A stretch of 64,000 nucleotides of DNA from Felis catus (lineage: Eukaryota). Below, piece after piece: positions 42,484-55,375 of this stretch; the first letter of the stretch is position 1; the number at the start of each line of letters is the position of its first letter. Below the pieces are notes generated by a model. It searched no databases, was not told where the DNA came from, and was given only the letters and a program-made list of their open reading frames with translations. Where the stretch lies: positions 142,726,001-142,790,000 of the forward strand of contig NC_058368.1 in NCBI RefSeq assembly GCF_018350175.1. Direction: 5' to 3'. Position numbers and translations under genes: made by a program.

Positions 42484-45400
42484 CAAATCATAGAAAGACT
42501 GTCCATGGTTAACACTTGAAATTTACTCGACAGAAAATAAACCCTAGGTTCAAAAATTTTATAATATACACGAATTGGCACTGGTGCAGGAAAAGTAAAG
42601 GTAACTATTTTATGGGATTCAAAAGACTCATTGGAGATAAATGCTATGTGCAGATTTCTTTAAGTGGAAAGCTCATCCATCGCATGCAGAGAATTAACTC
42701 TGATAGCTATAAAGCACTGCCAAGGGATGCTGTGTGATTCGGTTTTCCTAGACCATGGGCATCAAGCCAGGTGGTCAGCTGAAGCCTGTTTCTATTATCT
42801 ACAATCATATGGAGCAGAGAATTTGTTCTCTTCAATTCCCGAGAATTTATTTGACAGAGCATTTTTATGGCATTACTGGGGAAGCGGAAGCCAAACTCTG
42901 GATGACAGCCAAAAACATGTTTTTAGTCTGTTCAAACACTATTGGAAGTAAGGAAGCTGTAATGTGTAGAGACGCAGTAAACAGGCCAATGCGGAGCTGG
43001 TTCCAACAGAGCACAGGACTACAGATCCACACCATGCATCACGGGGCAGGCTGATAACAGGGCACCAATAGGAATCAAGAGAAAAAGAAGTGTCCCCTTG
43101 TAAACACAACAGTACGTAAAACAATTCCATCCTAGCACCCATCTTCAGTGTTCAGAGAGCATTACAGATGGAGAGGGTTATACGGATAATATATGGGAAT
43201 CCAAAGGAGTTACTCTATACCTACTATGTGTGGCTATCCGTTCTTCATTAAACCAAATCCTCTCTCCAAAAACAGCTTCTCCTAAGATTTTACTGGACCA
43301 TCAAGGATTCCCTGCACAAAGGCAAAGGGTCTATATAATCAATAAAGGACCTGGCTTGTCTCTAGATTCCTTCCATGAGGTAAGTGATGAAAATCCTTGT
43401 GTGTGTATTTTGTTGCATATAAAAAGGTATTTGATCCAGTGAGTTATTCTGTCCTGTGTAGACATGGAAGGAACTATCAGTGGAGTGTCATGAACTTAAA
43501 AGGGGGAGGGAGGAGGGCGGCTCCCACATCAGAACCTCTCACTTATCCCCCCTTTAAGAGGTCCAGGAACTCTATTATCTCTGATCTGGAAGCTCAGAGC
43601 ACAATATTTCCACCGAACTGATAATAAACTCTCCCAGAGGCTATGTGAACCACTGCTACCAGTATGGCAACGAATGCGGTTTCTCCCCTAACGTAATTAG
43701 CGTTGGGATAACATCCTGTTGAATGGAAGGAAGATTCTGTCCTATCTGACCTGTGCAAGATGAACTCATACTCTCACTGTACCCAAGTATTTGTACACAG
43801 TACTTGAAAATTCCGCTACAGAATTTCAAGTACTGCTACAGTACTTGAAAATTCAGAAAAACGAGCAACTCCACCCTCCCCTTTATGCACCAGAGAGCTA
43901 AGAGGGATGCTTCCTGACAGGAACACAATCACAGAACATGCTGGTGGCCAGCCAGGAGTTCAGAATTTCCAGCCTGTGTCTGAGTCAGTACACCACAGGT
44001 TTTAACCACGGTCAAGTACCACTCATGCCGCCTTAGGGTTTATTCCTGGAGCTGCCCCACAGAACAAATGGATCCTGGAGAACCGGCTCCCTCCCCCCTT
44101 AAGCTTTCTAAAATGCAGTCAGCTGCCCATGCTGTTGAAGCCAAGAGCTACAGAACACACATTATGTGTGTTAGGGGCCTGACTTTGCCATCTGGCCTGG
44201 TCCTCCAGAACTCGGGCTGCAGAACTGGCTGGTGTCACTGACAGTTTTAAGGGTCTATTTATTTTGGTGGTGATTAGCAAAGAGTGTAAATCTCTGACTA
44301 AACCCACAAAGGGATGTTGTTTGTAAAAATAAACAAGGCAAAAACTGTTTCAGTGCCTTCCTCTGTTTAAATTATAAAGCCAACCACAAGCTCACAATGA
44401 GAAGGTAGGAAAATATGGAGGAAAAGAAATTTTTAGCAAAATGATAAGATTAAAGAAACAAAAACAAAGAGAGTTACCAGACAGTAACAACTTACACTTA
44501 AGGTGATTCTTGAAATAACAAACCTCAAAAATCAATCAGCAAAAACATCCCGTAAGTCAATGGGTCATACTCCACTGAGCCCCAAACTTATTTCCTTATT
44601 GCCTCATTTCCAATTACGTGGGAAATAAAACATGTAAAATACGGAACTGTTTCTTTAAAACATCTTCATACGTCCAGAATATGGCCTCCAGGTGCCTCTA
44701 CCCTTCTGGGAAAACGCCTCTTGGCTCTGGCTAGGCTTAGGAGAGACACCTGGCTTTAGCAAAAATGAAAGATCCATGAGATCAGGTCATCCGTGGCTCC
44801 CTGCATTATAGCCATGATGTGCTTTAGTAGGGGGCCATCTTATTTGTCACTATGGAGCTAAAGCATCCTATGTTTCTCCCCCTAAGGAAGCACAAGAATA
44901 CAGGCTCATAAGTGCTTTCTCTTCAGAGGCACCTATGGCCCCCGTACCGTATGCTCCTCTTGCCTCTCGCTCCTTGGAGGCCATTTCCAGAGGGTCCTGT
45001 TAACCCTCCCAAGCTGTGACCTCCTTCCTTCCCCAGTCACTCCACCTACTTCTAGCTCTTCACTCCTCTTTGCCCTACTTCTAGTCTTAGAGCCCAGGGA
45101 GAGGCAAAGAGGGACAAGGGTCCACTGAGAGGCAAGCAGGTGGGGGGATGATAAAGAATGGGTAGGCAGGATGCTGGGTAGGCAAGATGATAAAGAATGG
45201 GAAGGCAGGAAAAGAGGCAGGGAGGAGAGGGCATCCTCAGGCAGAACCCCTTCCTCTTCCCATGCCAGTATGCAGTGCCCTATTCTACCTGCAGCCATGG
45301 GTCTCAGCAACTTAAAGCAAACTCAAAGCAAAAGTCAACAATCACCCACAATGCTCCTGCACAGCCTCCGTCCTACATTTCCTGTCCAAGGCTCTGCTTC

Positions 45401-45974
45401 AGGGGTGAGTGAAAAGCCCTGAGATGTCCTGTCCGTTTATCAGCATGATTAAGAAAAATGTGACTTGGGTCCCTTAAGGGTAAAACCTTGAAGTCATCTT
45501 TCATTGCTTCTATTCTCTGCCAAGGTTACAGAGTTTTAATGGAGTGGCCCCCTCAGTTCCCAAGGTAAGTATGTTCCCAATTGAGGACCAAAATTACTTT
45601 TCCTACTTATTTATTTTTTCCTAGAAGGAAGTGCTCCTACTAAGGCCTATGACTTTAGTTACCCTTTAATCTTTTTAGATTCTTAAAAAGGAAGCGGGGG
45701 CACTAGAAATGGCAGACCAACCATACCATAAGCAGGGAAGATCGTGAACTCTCACAGGAAATGCTCAGGTGTTTAAGTTCTTAGCACATTCGTTCATTTC
45801 ACATTCACATTCAACACTGAGTGCTTCTCTAGGCCAGGACTAAGCAGGACAATCCTACCGAGAAGTCACAACAGAGAACAAACCACCACATTTAAAATGT
45901 GTACTAAGAGTGCAAAGGTAAAACGAATATTTCATATTGAAGAGTCAATGTGTAAGAATAAAGAAATTCAGCAT

Positions 45975-47037
45975 TTTCTTTTTTTTATTTTTTTTAAATG
46001 TTTATTTATTTCTGAGAGAGAGAGAGAGAGTGCAAGCGGGGGTGGGGGGCAGAGAAACAGAGGAAGACACAGATCCGAAGCAGGCTCCATCCAGACTCCG
46101 AGCTGTCAGCACAGAGCCAGACGGGGGACTCGAACCCATGGACTGTGAGATCATGACCTGAGCTGAAGTTGGACACCCAACCAACTGAGCCACCCAGGCG
46201 CCCCAGAAACTCAGCATTTTCAAGTCTTCTTTTGAACTAAAAAGCACTATACAAATTCTATTAGAAAAGCTGATGCATTTTTATTTATCTGGTCACTTTT
46301 ACAAATACCTTGATTACATATTTGTATTGAAATATATCTGACATATAACAGTGTAATTTTAACGTGTGCTGCATTTATACACTGTGATATCATTGCCATT
46401 GTAGCAATAATTAACACGTCTACCATGTTCTTTTTAGTGGTTGGAATCATGAAGTTCTAGTCTCTTAGCAAATTTGATGATTTTATTTATTTTTATTTTT
46501 TTATTATTATTTTTTAAATTTTTATTAACTATTTATTTTTGAGAGAGAGACAGAGTGTGAGTGGGGTAGGAGCAGAGAGAGAGGGAGACACAGAATCCGA
46601 AGCAGGCTCCAGGCTCTGAGCTGTCAGCACAGAGCCCGATGCGGGGCTTGACCTCAAGAACTGTGAGATCATGACCTGAGCTGAAGTCAGACACTTACCG
46701 ACTGAGCCACCCAGGCGCCCTGCAAATTTGATGATTTTAATACAGTATTGTTGACTAGGTTGATAGTACTGTACGATTTCTAGGTCTTATTTACTACTTG
46801 TTGCAAGTTTGTACCCTTAAACAATATGTCCTATCCTCCCACCCTCTAAAGGATTTTTAAATATATTTTAAAAAATTTTTAATGTTTATTTTTGAGGGGG
46901 GTAGGGGCAGAGAGAGAAGGAGACACAGAATCCGAAGCAGGCTCCAGGCTCTGTGCTGACAGTTCAAGCCCATGAACTGTGAGATCATGACCTGAGCCGA
47001 AGTTGGACACTTAACCAACTGAGCCATCCAGGCGCCC
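45975..47037 (-). mobile_element. Three Can-SINEs (~45975-46204, ~46485-46720, ~46860-47037) within an old L1 3' relic
   Basis: SINE consensus; TSD GCAAATTTGATGATTTTA around the middle copy. Confidence 0.88.
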
Positions 47038-47321
47038 TAGGATTTTTAAATTAATATTTCAGTCTTGAGATTTCAACCAAGGGGAAAATGAATATAAAAT
47101 CTATTTCATTATATGTACAACGTGCCTCTGAAAGATACTAAGAAACTAATAAATAATAAATAACAAATAGGGGCTCCCTACAGAAAGGAAGGCTGAGAGT
47201 CAAGACAGAATTTTTTTTTTTGTTTTTTGGGTTTTTTTTACACGTAGCTCTATTTAAATGTCTTATATTTGAAACCTGGAATATATTTCCCAAAGACAAT
47301 TTTTAAAATAAGCTTACTTTA

Positions 47322-47608
47322 TTATTTTTTTCAATATATGAAGTTTATTGTCAAATTGGTTTCCATACAACACCCAGTGCTCATCCCAAAAGGTGCCCTC
47401 CTCAATACCCATCACCCACCCTCCCCTCCCTCCCACCCCCCATCAACCCTCAGTTTGTTCTCAGTTTTTAAGAGTCTGTTATGCTTTGGCTCTCTCCCAC
47501 TCTAACCTCTTTTTTTTTTTTTCCTTCCCCTCCCCCATGGGTTTCTGTTAAATTTCTCAGGATCCACATAAGAGTGAAAACATATGGTATCTGTCTTTCT
47601 CTGTATGA
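47322..47608 (-). mobile_element. Young 5'-truncated felid L1 3' end with 17-bp TSD
   Basis: TSD AAAATAAGCTTACTTTA at 47305-47321 and 47609-47625. Inverse near-identity to 24735-24960. Confidence 0.9.
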
Positions 47609-47760
47609 AAAATAAGCTTACTTTAAAAAGGCGGAGTAGGATAAAAAATTTAATTCTAACTGGACTAACATGTATACAAAGAATGCCACATAGCACTTTA
47701 TTGTGGCTCCTTAAAATATATTTACTTATAACACTGTTAGATTAGAAATATGCTTTAATA

Positions 47761-50700
47761 GGGGCGCCTGAGTGGCTCAGCCAGTCGAGCATCCGACTTC
47801 GGCTCAGGTCATGATATCATGGTTCATGAGTTTGAGCCCCGTGTCAGGCTCACTGTTGTCAGTGCAGAATCCCCTTTGGATCCTCTGTCCCCCTATCTCT
47901 CTGCCTGCCCCCTGACTCTGGAGTGCTCTCTCTCTCAAAAATAAACAAACATTTTTTAATTAAAACAAAAAGAAATATGCTTTAGTATACAGTAGCCTTC
48001 AATGTAACATCATTATGAAAACCTGAGTAAGTAAGTTGAAATTTAATATTTTATCCTGAGCAGGCAGCATTAGCACAGGGAGACCCTGCCTCCCTCTGTG
48101 AGCTCCTACTGCGCTTTTCATACCCACCTACACTGAGTTCCGATCACAAAGGCCTCGTCCCCTTAAAAAGAACTCACTGCAGCCTTGAGCCTTAACTGGC
48201 TGTCCCTCCCACTGTGTTAAATTCTCTTTCCCAGGATCTTTGAATGGTTCATTCCTCTCCATTCTGGCCTCTGTCCCCAACACCTGCGTGGAGATAATTT
48301 CCTGAGCAACTTACACCTGACCTACTTTATTTTCTTCTCTACATTTATTACCAGGCCATTTCAAGTCACCCAGTGGGGCACCTGGATGGCTCAGTCAGTT
48401 AAGCGCCTGACTCCTGATCTCTGCTCAGGTCATGATCTCCCGGTTCGTGATTCAAGCCCTGCATTGGACTCTGCGCTGACAGTGTGAAGCCTGCTTGGGA
48501 TTTTCTCTCTCTCCCTCACTCTCTGCCCCTCCCCTGCTCGCACTCCCTCTTTCAAAATAAACTTTAAAAATAAAGAAAATAAATTCACCTCGCTTACTCA
48601 TTTGTTTATATGTTTATTTCATCCCGTGCTTGGTCACTCCTCATCTCACCTCCAACAGACTATAAGCACCAGGAGACCCCCAGAGTATAGCACAATGCCT
48701 GGCATAAATAGCTGCTCAACAGACACTTGTTGGATGAAAGAATGAACGAATGCATCATACTAAATGGTGATAGACTGAAAGCTTTCCTCTCAGATCGCAA
48801 ATAAGAAAAGGATGTCCACTCTTGCCACTTCTAGTCAACATTGTACTGGAGTTTCTAGTCGGGGCAATTAGGCAAGAAAATGAAATGAAAAGCATTCAGA
48901 TTGGAAAGGAAAAAGCAAAACTATTTCTATTTGCAAATGACAGCATCGTGTATATAAAAATCCTAAATATCACACACGCACGCTTTCAGAACTAGTTAAG
49001 TTCAGCAAGGTTGCAGGCTACAGACCAAACATCAGTTGCATTCCAAACACTAGAAATGAACAGTTGAAAATGAAATTAAGAAAACAACTCTATTTATAAT
49101 GATATCAAAATGAATAAAAACTTAGGAATAAGTATAACCAAACAACTCCAACACTTGTAAGCTGAAAACTATAAAACATTATTGAAAGAAGTTAAAGGGG
49201 TGCCTGGGTGGCTGAGTCGGTTAAGCATCCGACTTCAGTTCAGGTCATGATCTCACAGTTCGTGGGTTCAAGTCCTATGTCTGGCTCTGTGCTGACAGCT
49301 CAGAGCCTGGAGCCTGCTTTGGATTCTGTGTCTCCCTCTCTCTCTGCCCCTCCCCCGCTCCGGCTCTGTCCTCTCTCTCTCTCTCTCTCTCTCTAAAACA
49401 AATAAACAGCCTTGTCTTCCTTGTTATCAAATAGGGATAAAAGTAGTAGCCACCTCATCGGACTGTGAGACAATTAAATGAATTAATGTAAAGTGCTCAG
49501 AATGGTATCAGTATATTGTGTCTAAGAGCAATAAGGCTCCTTAGTTCCCAAAAGGCTGGCTCCTTTATTTATTTTTTTGTTTATTTATTTATTTTGAAAC
49601 AGAGAGAGAGCGCGCACGTGCAAGCAGGAGAGGTGCAGAAAGAGAGGTAGAGAGAGAGAGAATCCCAAGTGGCTACACACTGTCAGCACAGAGCCCAATA
49701 TGGGGACTTGAACTCACCCACTGAGAGATCATGACCTGCGCCGAAATCAAGAGTCCAACAGACTGAGCCACCCAGGTGCCCCAATGTTGGCTCCTTTAAA
49801 AAAGGATGCTTGCTAATCTGAAGTAATTTGCCATTGGGTCTCCTGAATCCAGAATAAAACGGGAGAAAAGTCAAGCAAAAAAAGTCAACTGGGGAGGCTA
49901 GCCTGCTACACTGAGTGGGCTCTAAACTATTTCGGAGTACATAGCTTCTACCCTTCCTTCACATCGCAACCACAGGGTACTCTATGCACTTTTTTTCCTC
50001 CAAGACAGACAGTGGTGACTGGTGGAGGAGGATGTTAGGGGACAAAAGCAGTCAATTATATGAACAAGTTTTGTTTTTATTTTCATTTTTTAACATTTAT
50101 TCATTTTTGAGAGTGAGAGAGGCAGAGCATGAGCAGAGGAGGGGCAGAGAGAGCAGGAGACACAGAATCAGAAGCGGGCTCCAGACTCCAAGCTGTCAGC
50201 ACAGAGCCCAACTCGGGGCTCAAACCCACAGACCACGAGAACACGACCTGAGCTAAAGTCTGACGCTTAGCCGACTGAGCCACCCAGGTGCCCCTATATG
50301 AACAAGTTTTTTGAAGTATGGTATTTGCTTTCCTGTTCAAGACTGTTGGAAGAGAGGAAGTTAGAGAAATGAATGGCCCTCCCATTCTTCTGCAATTTGA
50401 GTTCAGTTCTCTTATTTCACAGCAAATGCAGAACTATTCTGGGCAGACCTTGCCTTCTCTCCTTTCTTCTTTACACAAACGTTCCTTTACTACAAACTGT
50501 CTAGGATAAGATCTGCCTTAGAGCAGAGCTTCCTGATTATACCTTGCAGCCCAAGCCAGACCTGTGGAAAGGACTTACGGTTGATGGTGAAGGCAACCAT
50601 CCTTTATCTCCATTGCAAACCCTGGCTACAGCTACTTCTCGGGCCTGTAGTCAAACTATATCTTTTCGGTTTCTACAAGTCTTCAGATCACTGTGGAAAT

Positions 50701-51498
50701 CGTTATTGCAAATAAACCCTCCCTTCTCTTGATCTCAGGACAACATGAGGCTAGAGTTGATCTGAAAGGCTACATGCACATAGACTTAAGAGGGGAAGTT
50801 TCAAGCATATCCCATGACTTGCATGGTAAGGACTCAAAATATGCTTGTTGAATAAACAGTCCGTATATAAGGAGGTATGCTGGTGTTCTCAAATGGTAAC
50901 CATTTATTGTATTTAATATAGTCATAATCACATCAGGATCTTATAAAATCATCAATCTTATTCAGATTAAGCAAATAAGATATAATTTTATAGGCCTGAG
51001 AGGACTAATGGATACAGGAGAGGCACAGACCCAATTTAAATACTTTCTAGTATTTCTTTTTTTTTTTTAAGTTTATTTATTTTGAGGGGGAGAAAGAGAG
51101 AGAGAGAGAGAATGAAAGAGCGGGGCAGGGCAGAGAGAGAGGAGAGAGAGAATCCCAAGCAGGCTTAGCAATGTGGGGCTCAAACTCCCCAATCATGAGA
51201 TCATGACCAGAGCCAAAGTCAGACCTTAACCAACTGAGCCTCCAGGAGTCCCTCTAGCTGTGTGATTCTTTTTTTTTTTTTAATTTTTTTTTTTTAACGT
51301 TTATTTATTTTTGAGACAGAGAGAGACAGACCATGAACGGGGGAGGGGCAGAGAGAGAGGGAGACACAGAATCGGAAACAGGCTCCAGGCTCTGAGCCAT
51401 CAGCCCAGAGCCTGATGCGGGGCTCGAACTCACGGACTGCGAGATCGTGACCTGAGCTGAAGTCGGACGCTTAACCGACTGAGCCACCCAGGCGCCCC
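47761..51498. mobile_element. SINE-dense block: Can-SINEs at 47761+, 48375+, 49197+, ~49563-49782-, ~50070-50294-, ~51050-51253-, ~51268-51498-, plus an L1 ORF2 relic at 48755-49196
   Basis: SINE consensus motifs; L1 RT-region DNA (GCAATTAGGCAAGAAAATGAAATGAAAAGCATTCAGATTGGAAAGGAA). Confidence 0.85.
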
Positions 51499-51734
51499 TA
51501 GCTGTGTGGTTCTTAACACACTATCAAACTTCTACAAGTTTACTTCCTCATCTGTAAAGGGGGATTGGAAGTTATAGCTACCTCATGGGCTATTTCAAGA
51601 ATTAACTTTAAAAACAGTAAAGCACCATGCAAATGTTCTTGATATTCTTAGTTATTTAACATATGTGCACACTCTACAAGTATAATATCTCTGTTAACTA
51701 CATAGAAGTTTTTAAAGAAAAGCTTTTAAAGAGA

Positions 51735-52795
51735 TAATGTCAGATAACACTTTACACCTGTCAGACTGGCTAGTATGAAGAGAACAAGAAATAACAAGTG
51801 TTGGTAAGGATGCAGAGAAAAGGGAACCCTCCTGCACTTTTGGTAATCCGGTACATTGATGCAGCCACTATGGAAAATAGTACAAAAGCTCCTCAAAAAA
51901 TTAAAAACAGAGGCATCACACAACCCAGAAATTCCACTTCTGGGTAGTTACCCAAAGAAAATGGCCAGCCAGGGGTGCCTGGGTGGCTCAGTCAGTTAAG
52001 TATCAGACTCTTGATTTTGGCTCAGGTCATGATCTCATGGTTTGTGGCCTCAAGCCCTGCCTCAGGCTCTGCACTAACAGGACAGAGCCTGCTTGGAATG
52101 CTCTCTCTGCCCCTCCCCCGCTTGTGTGCTCATGTGCACTCGCTTGCTTGCTCTCTCTCTCAAAAAAAATAAACTTCAAAATTTTTAAGGAAAATGGTAA
52201 GCCAATCTGAGGCGATCTGTGCACCCCTATGATCTTTGCAGAATTCTTCACAATAGCCAACATACGGAAGCAACTTAAGTGTCCATTCATGGATGAAATG
52301 ATAAATTAGATGTAGTATATATACAATGGAATACTACTCAGCCATAAAAAAGAATGAAATCTTACCATTGTCACATGGATGGACCTAGAAGGTATAATGC
52401 TAAGTGAAATAAGTCAGAGAGAGACAAATACCATACGATTTCACTTATATGTGGAATACTAAAAAACCAAACAATAAACAAACAAAATAAAACAGGAAGA
52501 GATTCATAGATACAGGAAACAGTTGGTTACCAAAGGGAGAAGGGCTGGAAGGAAGGCAAAAAAGGTGAAGAGGATTCAGAGGTACAAACTTCTAGATATA
52601 AAATAAGTAAGTCATGGAGATATAATGCACAGCATGGGGAATACAGCCAATATAACACTGTCCTAATTTTGTATGGTGACAAATGGTAGCTAGACTGTGA
52701 GGATTATTTCATAATGTATAAAAATATCGAATTACTATCATGTACACCTGAAACTAACAGGATAGTATATGTCAATTATACTTTAATGATAAATA
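51735..52795 (+). mobile_element. Old L1 3' end with an internal Can-SINE (51972-52190)
   Basis: AACAAGTGTTGGTAAGGATGCAGAGAAAAGGGAACCCTC...ATGGAATACTACTCAGCCATAAAAAAGAATGAAATC...TGTACACCTGAAACTAAC. Confidence 0.87.
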
Positions 52796-53038
52796 GAGAA
52801 AGATGCTCAGAGGCATTGAACACAAGTTAAATTAGAAAGGAATTATCAGCAGCCCAAGAAAAATCAATCTGCGTAGGTTCATCGTGCTGAGAACTTGGAA
52901 AAATGAATCTCTGGTGGCAGGCCTAACCTAGGCCCGCAGCGTTCACAAGGAGCAGAATCGCACCCACTGCAGGCACTTTTCCTTTAACCCATCACCCAGC
53001 CACTGCTTTCCCGCTCCTCTCCTCTCACTGCTCCACTC

Positions 53039-53062
53039 GGGGGGGGGGGGGGGGGGGGGGGG
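53039..53062 (+). repeat. G24 homopolymer
   Basis: 24 consecutive G residues. Confidence 0.9.
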
Positions 53063-53099
53063 CCAGCCCGCTCCCTCTCCATCTGCCCTCTTCAGGACC

Positions 53100-54075
53100 T
53101 CTCCGCAGAGTCTACTCTGACCCTTTGGCCTACCGGCTCCCGGCTCGCAGGCCCAGCAACTAGCATTCCGCCAGACCCCAGACACCCTTTCACCTCGACC
53201 TTTAGAAAACGGAAGACAGAAAAAGCACCGGAGGAGGTGGGGTGCCGGGGCTGCGGGTCGCCTTGGAGCGGGCATGCGCAGAGGCCGCGGCGGCCTGCGG
53301 GCCTGGGAGAAGCGGAGAAGGCGCCGCCAGGGTGAGCAGTCCCCTCGCTTGGACGCTGCTCGGGGAGCTGACCCCGGCTAGGCAGCGCCCACCCCGGCCT
53401 CCCGGCCCACTTCCAAGAGGCTGCGGGGGCCGTCTGGCGCGCTGGGGCAGGAAGGCATAGCGGCGGCTCCCGGAGGGGCGGAGCCCCGCGCCGGCGCAGG
53501 GTTGGCGGGCCGCCGGGGGCGCTGCGTACCTGGTAGCGGCCGGTGAGCAGCTGGCTCCGCGATGGCGTGCACAGCGGTTGCGTGTAGTAGTTGTCCAGGA
53601 GCACCCCGCCGGCTGCCAGCTCGTCCAGGTGCGGCGTGCGGATATTCGAGCCGTGGAAGCTCACGTCGTTCCAGCCCAGGTCGTCCGCCAACACGAAGAC
53701 GAGATGCGGCGGCCGGTCGGCCCCGGCTCCTGCGCCCGGCCGGGACGGCAGCAGTAGCAGCCGCAGCAGCAAGGGGAGGACGCCGGGGAGGAGCGGCCGC
53801 CGCGGGCTGGGGCCTCGGGGCAGGCTCGCAGCGCCGCGCCGGCCCATCCTTCGCGGCCCACGGTCCCCGAGCCTGTGGCGCCGCCAGCCTCAGACACCGG
53901 TTATAGAATCAGGAACTGGGCGGCCGGGGCCTGCCCCGCCTCCGCAAGGGATTTCACCCGCGGCCGACTGCGGGCTGGAGAGACCCGGCGCCCGAGCCCC
54001 CGCCGATCCCGGGCCGGTATGACGGGGGAGGAGCCAGCGGAGAAGCATTCGGGGCTCCCGCAGCTCAGCTCCGTG
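53100..54075. promoter_or_regulatory. CpG island / GC-rich promoter of ARSB, spanning exon 1 and the start of intron 1
   Basis: Very high GC content and abundant CpG, in contrast to the CpG-depleted remainder. GC-box-like motifs occur at ~53932-53941 (CCCCGCCTCC) and ~53475 (GGGGCGGAG). Confidence 0.9.
53530..53847 (-). CDS. ARSB: Arylsulfatase B coding exon 1 (aa 1-106: signal peptide, DDLGW metal-binding motif, CTPSR formylglycine motif)
   Basis: The ATG at 53847 is in strong Kozak context (AGGATGG). Translation is MGRRGAASL...[15 protein letters not shown]...[17 protein letters not shown], containing the type I sulfatase signature CxPSRxxLLTGR. Donor is CAG|GTACGC at 53529; 318 nt, phase 0. 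Confidence 0.98.
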
Positions 54076-55148
54076 GAAACTCACTTGATAGGAACCACGA
54101 TTGCATCGTAGCATCCTCAAAGAGGAGCAGATTTGTTCTTTTTAGTAACTCTTCGCAGTTTACAAAGTCTTTCGTTAAATTTCGCAACAACCTCGGCAAC
54201 TGGAAATTTAGTTAACACACCTTTCTTCCCTCACTCCCCCCAATAAAGAAGCTTTTAGTTGGTTGAGCTAACACCCGAACTCAGATCCTGAGCTGTGTGA
54301 TGTTTTAAAGGTCGTAGGGGAATCATTTCCGGCAAAAGACCTCAGCCTTGTGCAAGTGAGAAGTCGTTGGAGAGGTAGAGCTCTAGGTGATGTTTCAGAT
54401 TCATTTTGAATAGTATACGCCTGTGAAGCCACTTCCTCCTCACTACCCAGAAAGGGGCCAAATACACACTCCGATTGCAGGGTGCCCTTTTGAAGGTGCA
54501 GTTTTACTGAGGCTGCCCGAGGATTGTTTGGAGTGTCGTGTGACCATTGAGTAGCTCATTAGTTTGTCTAGGTAGAAGCCCCTTCATGGCTGGCTCCCTG
54601 ACACTCAACTAGTGAACCAAAGAAGTAAAGTATCTTATTTGCCTGAAATCATCTGTGGATGGAAGGAAAAAATACCCTTAATCACATGTTCATTGAATTG
54701 GGAAGTTAGCCTTATGATTAGTACATTGCCATCCAAAACTTTCTGCCTGTTCCATGTCTGGAGATAGACTATAACTATTTATAGTTATATGGGGGAAATT
54801 ATGCACTGTATCCCTTCAGGTTATCTGAGTCTGATTCCATGGGAATTATTTCACAGCTTTTTAAGTTGTGGATAACTGATAGCAATGGAAACCAATTCTT
54901 TATACATATGCAGATGAATTCTGTCCAGCGGAGTGGCAATCCTCACCAACCACCATGGATGAAAGCAGTTCGGCCTCCACTTGCACATTTATTGTAATAT
55001 TCCTGATTTGATCCTTGGATTGTCCTTTGAATTCATTTTAACACCTTACCGGTTTCCTCATTAGTGAACGAAATAAAATCTTCAACATGTATTCTTTTTT
55101 ATATTTGTACAAGAGTCATGATTTTATCTTTTTTAAAAATTATCCTTT

Positions 55149-55375
55149 AGGGGTGCCTGGATGGCTCAGTCGGTTGAGCGTCTGACTTCCGCTCAGGTCA
55201 TGATCTCAAGGCTGATAAATTGGAGCCCAGCCTCGGGCTCTGTACTGACAGCTCAGCCTGGAGCCTGCTTCAGATTCTGTGTCTCCCCCTCTCTCTACCC
55301 CTCCCCTGCTCACGCTCTGTGTCTCTCCGTCTCTCTGTAATAAATAAACGTTAAAAAAATTAATTAAAAAATTTT
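55149..55375 (+). mobile_element. Can-SINE, TSD AATTATCCTTTA
   Basis: SINE consensus with flanking repeats. Confidence 0.9.

Noticed and set aside
53092..53529. C-terminal 145 aa of the 251-aa ORF 53092..53847
   Set aside because: This is read-through into GC-rich intron 1 past the CAG|GTACGC donor. Sulfatase homology resumes only in exon 2.
53900..53910. TATAA-like sequence on the minus strand ~55 bp upstream of the ATG
   Set aside because: The match is poor (CTATAACC) and lies in a CpG-island promoter. It cannot be supported without TSS data.
53242..54111. Overlapping plus-strand ORFs antisense to exon 1
   Set aside because: Stop codons are scarce in CpG-island DNA. The products are low-complexity with no recognisable domain, and several start at GTG/TTG.
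54770..54789. AT-rich palindrome TATAACTAT-TT-ATAGTTATA
   Set aside because: It is short and AT-rich, so plausibly chance in 64 kb.
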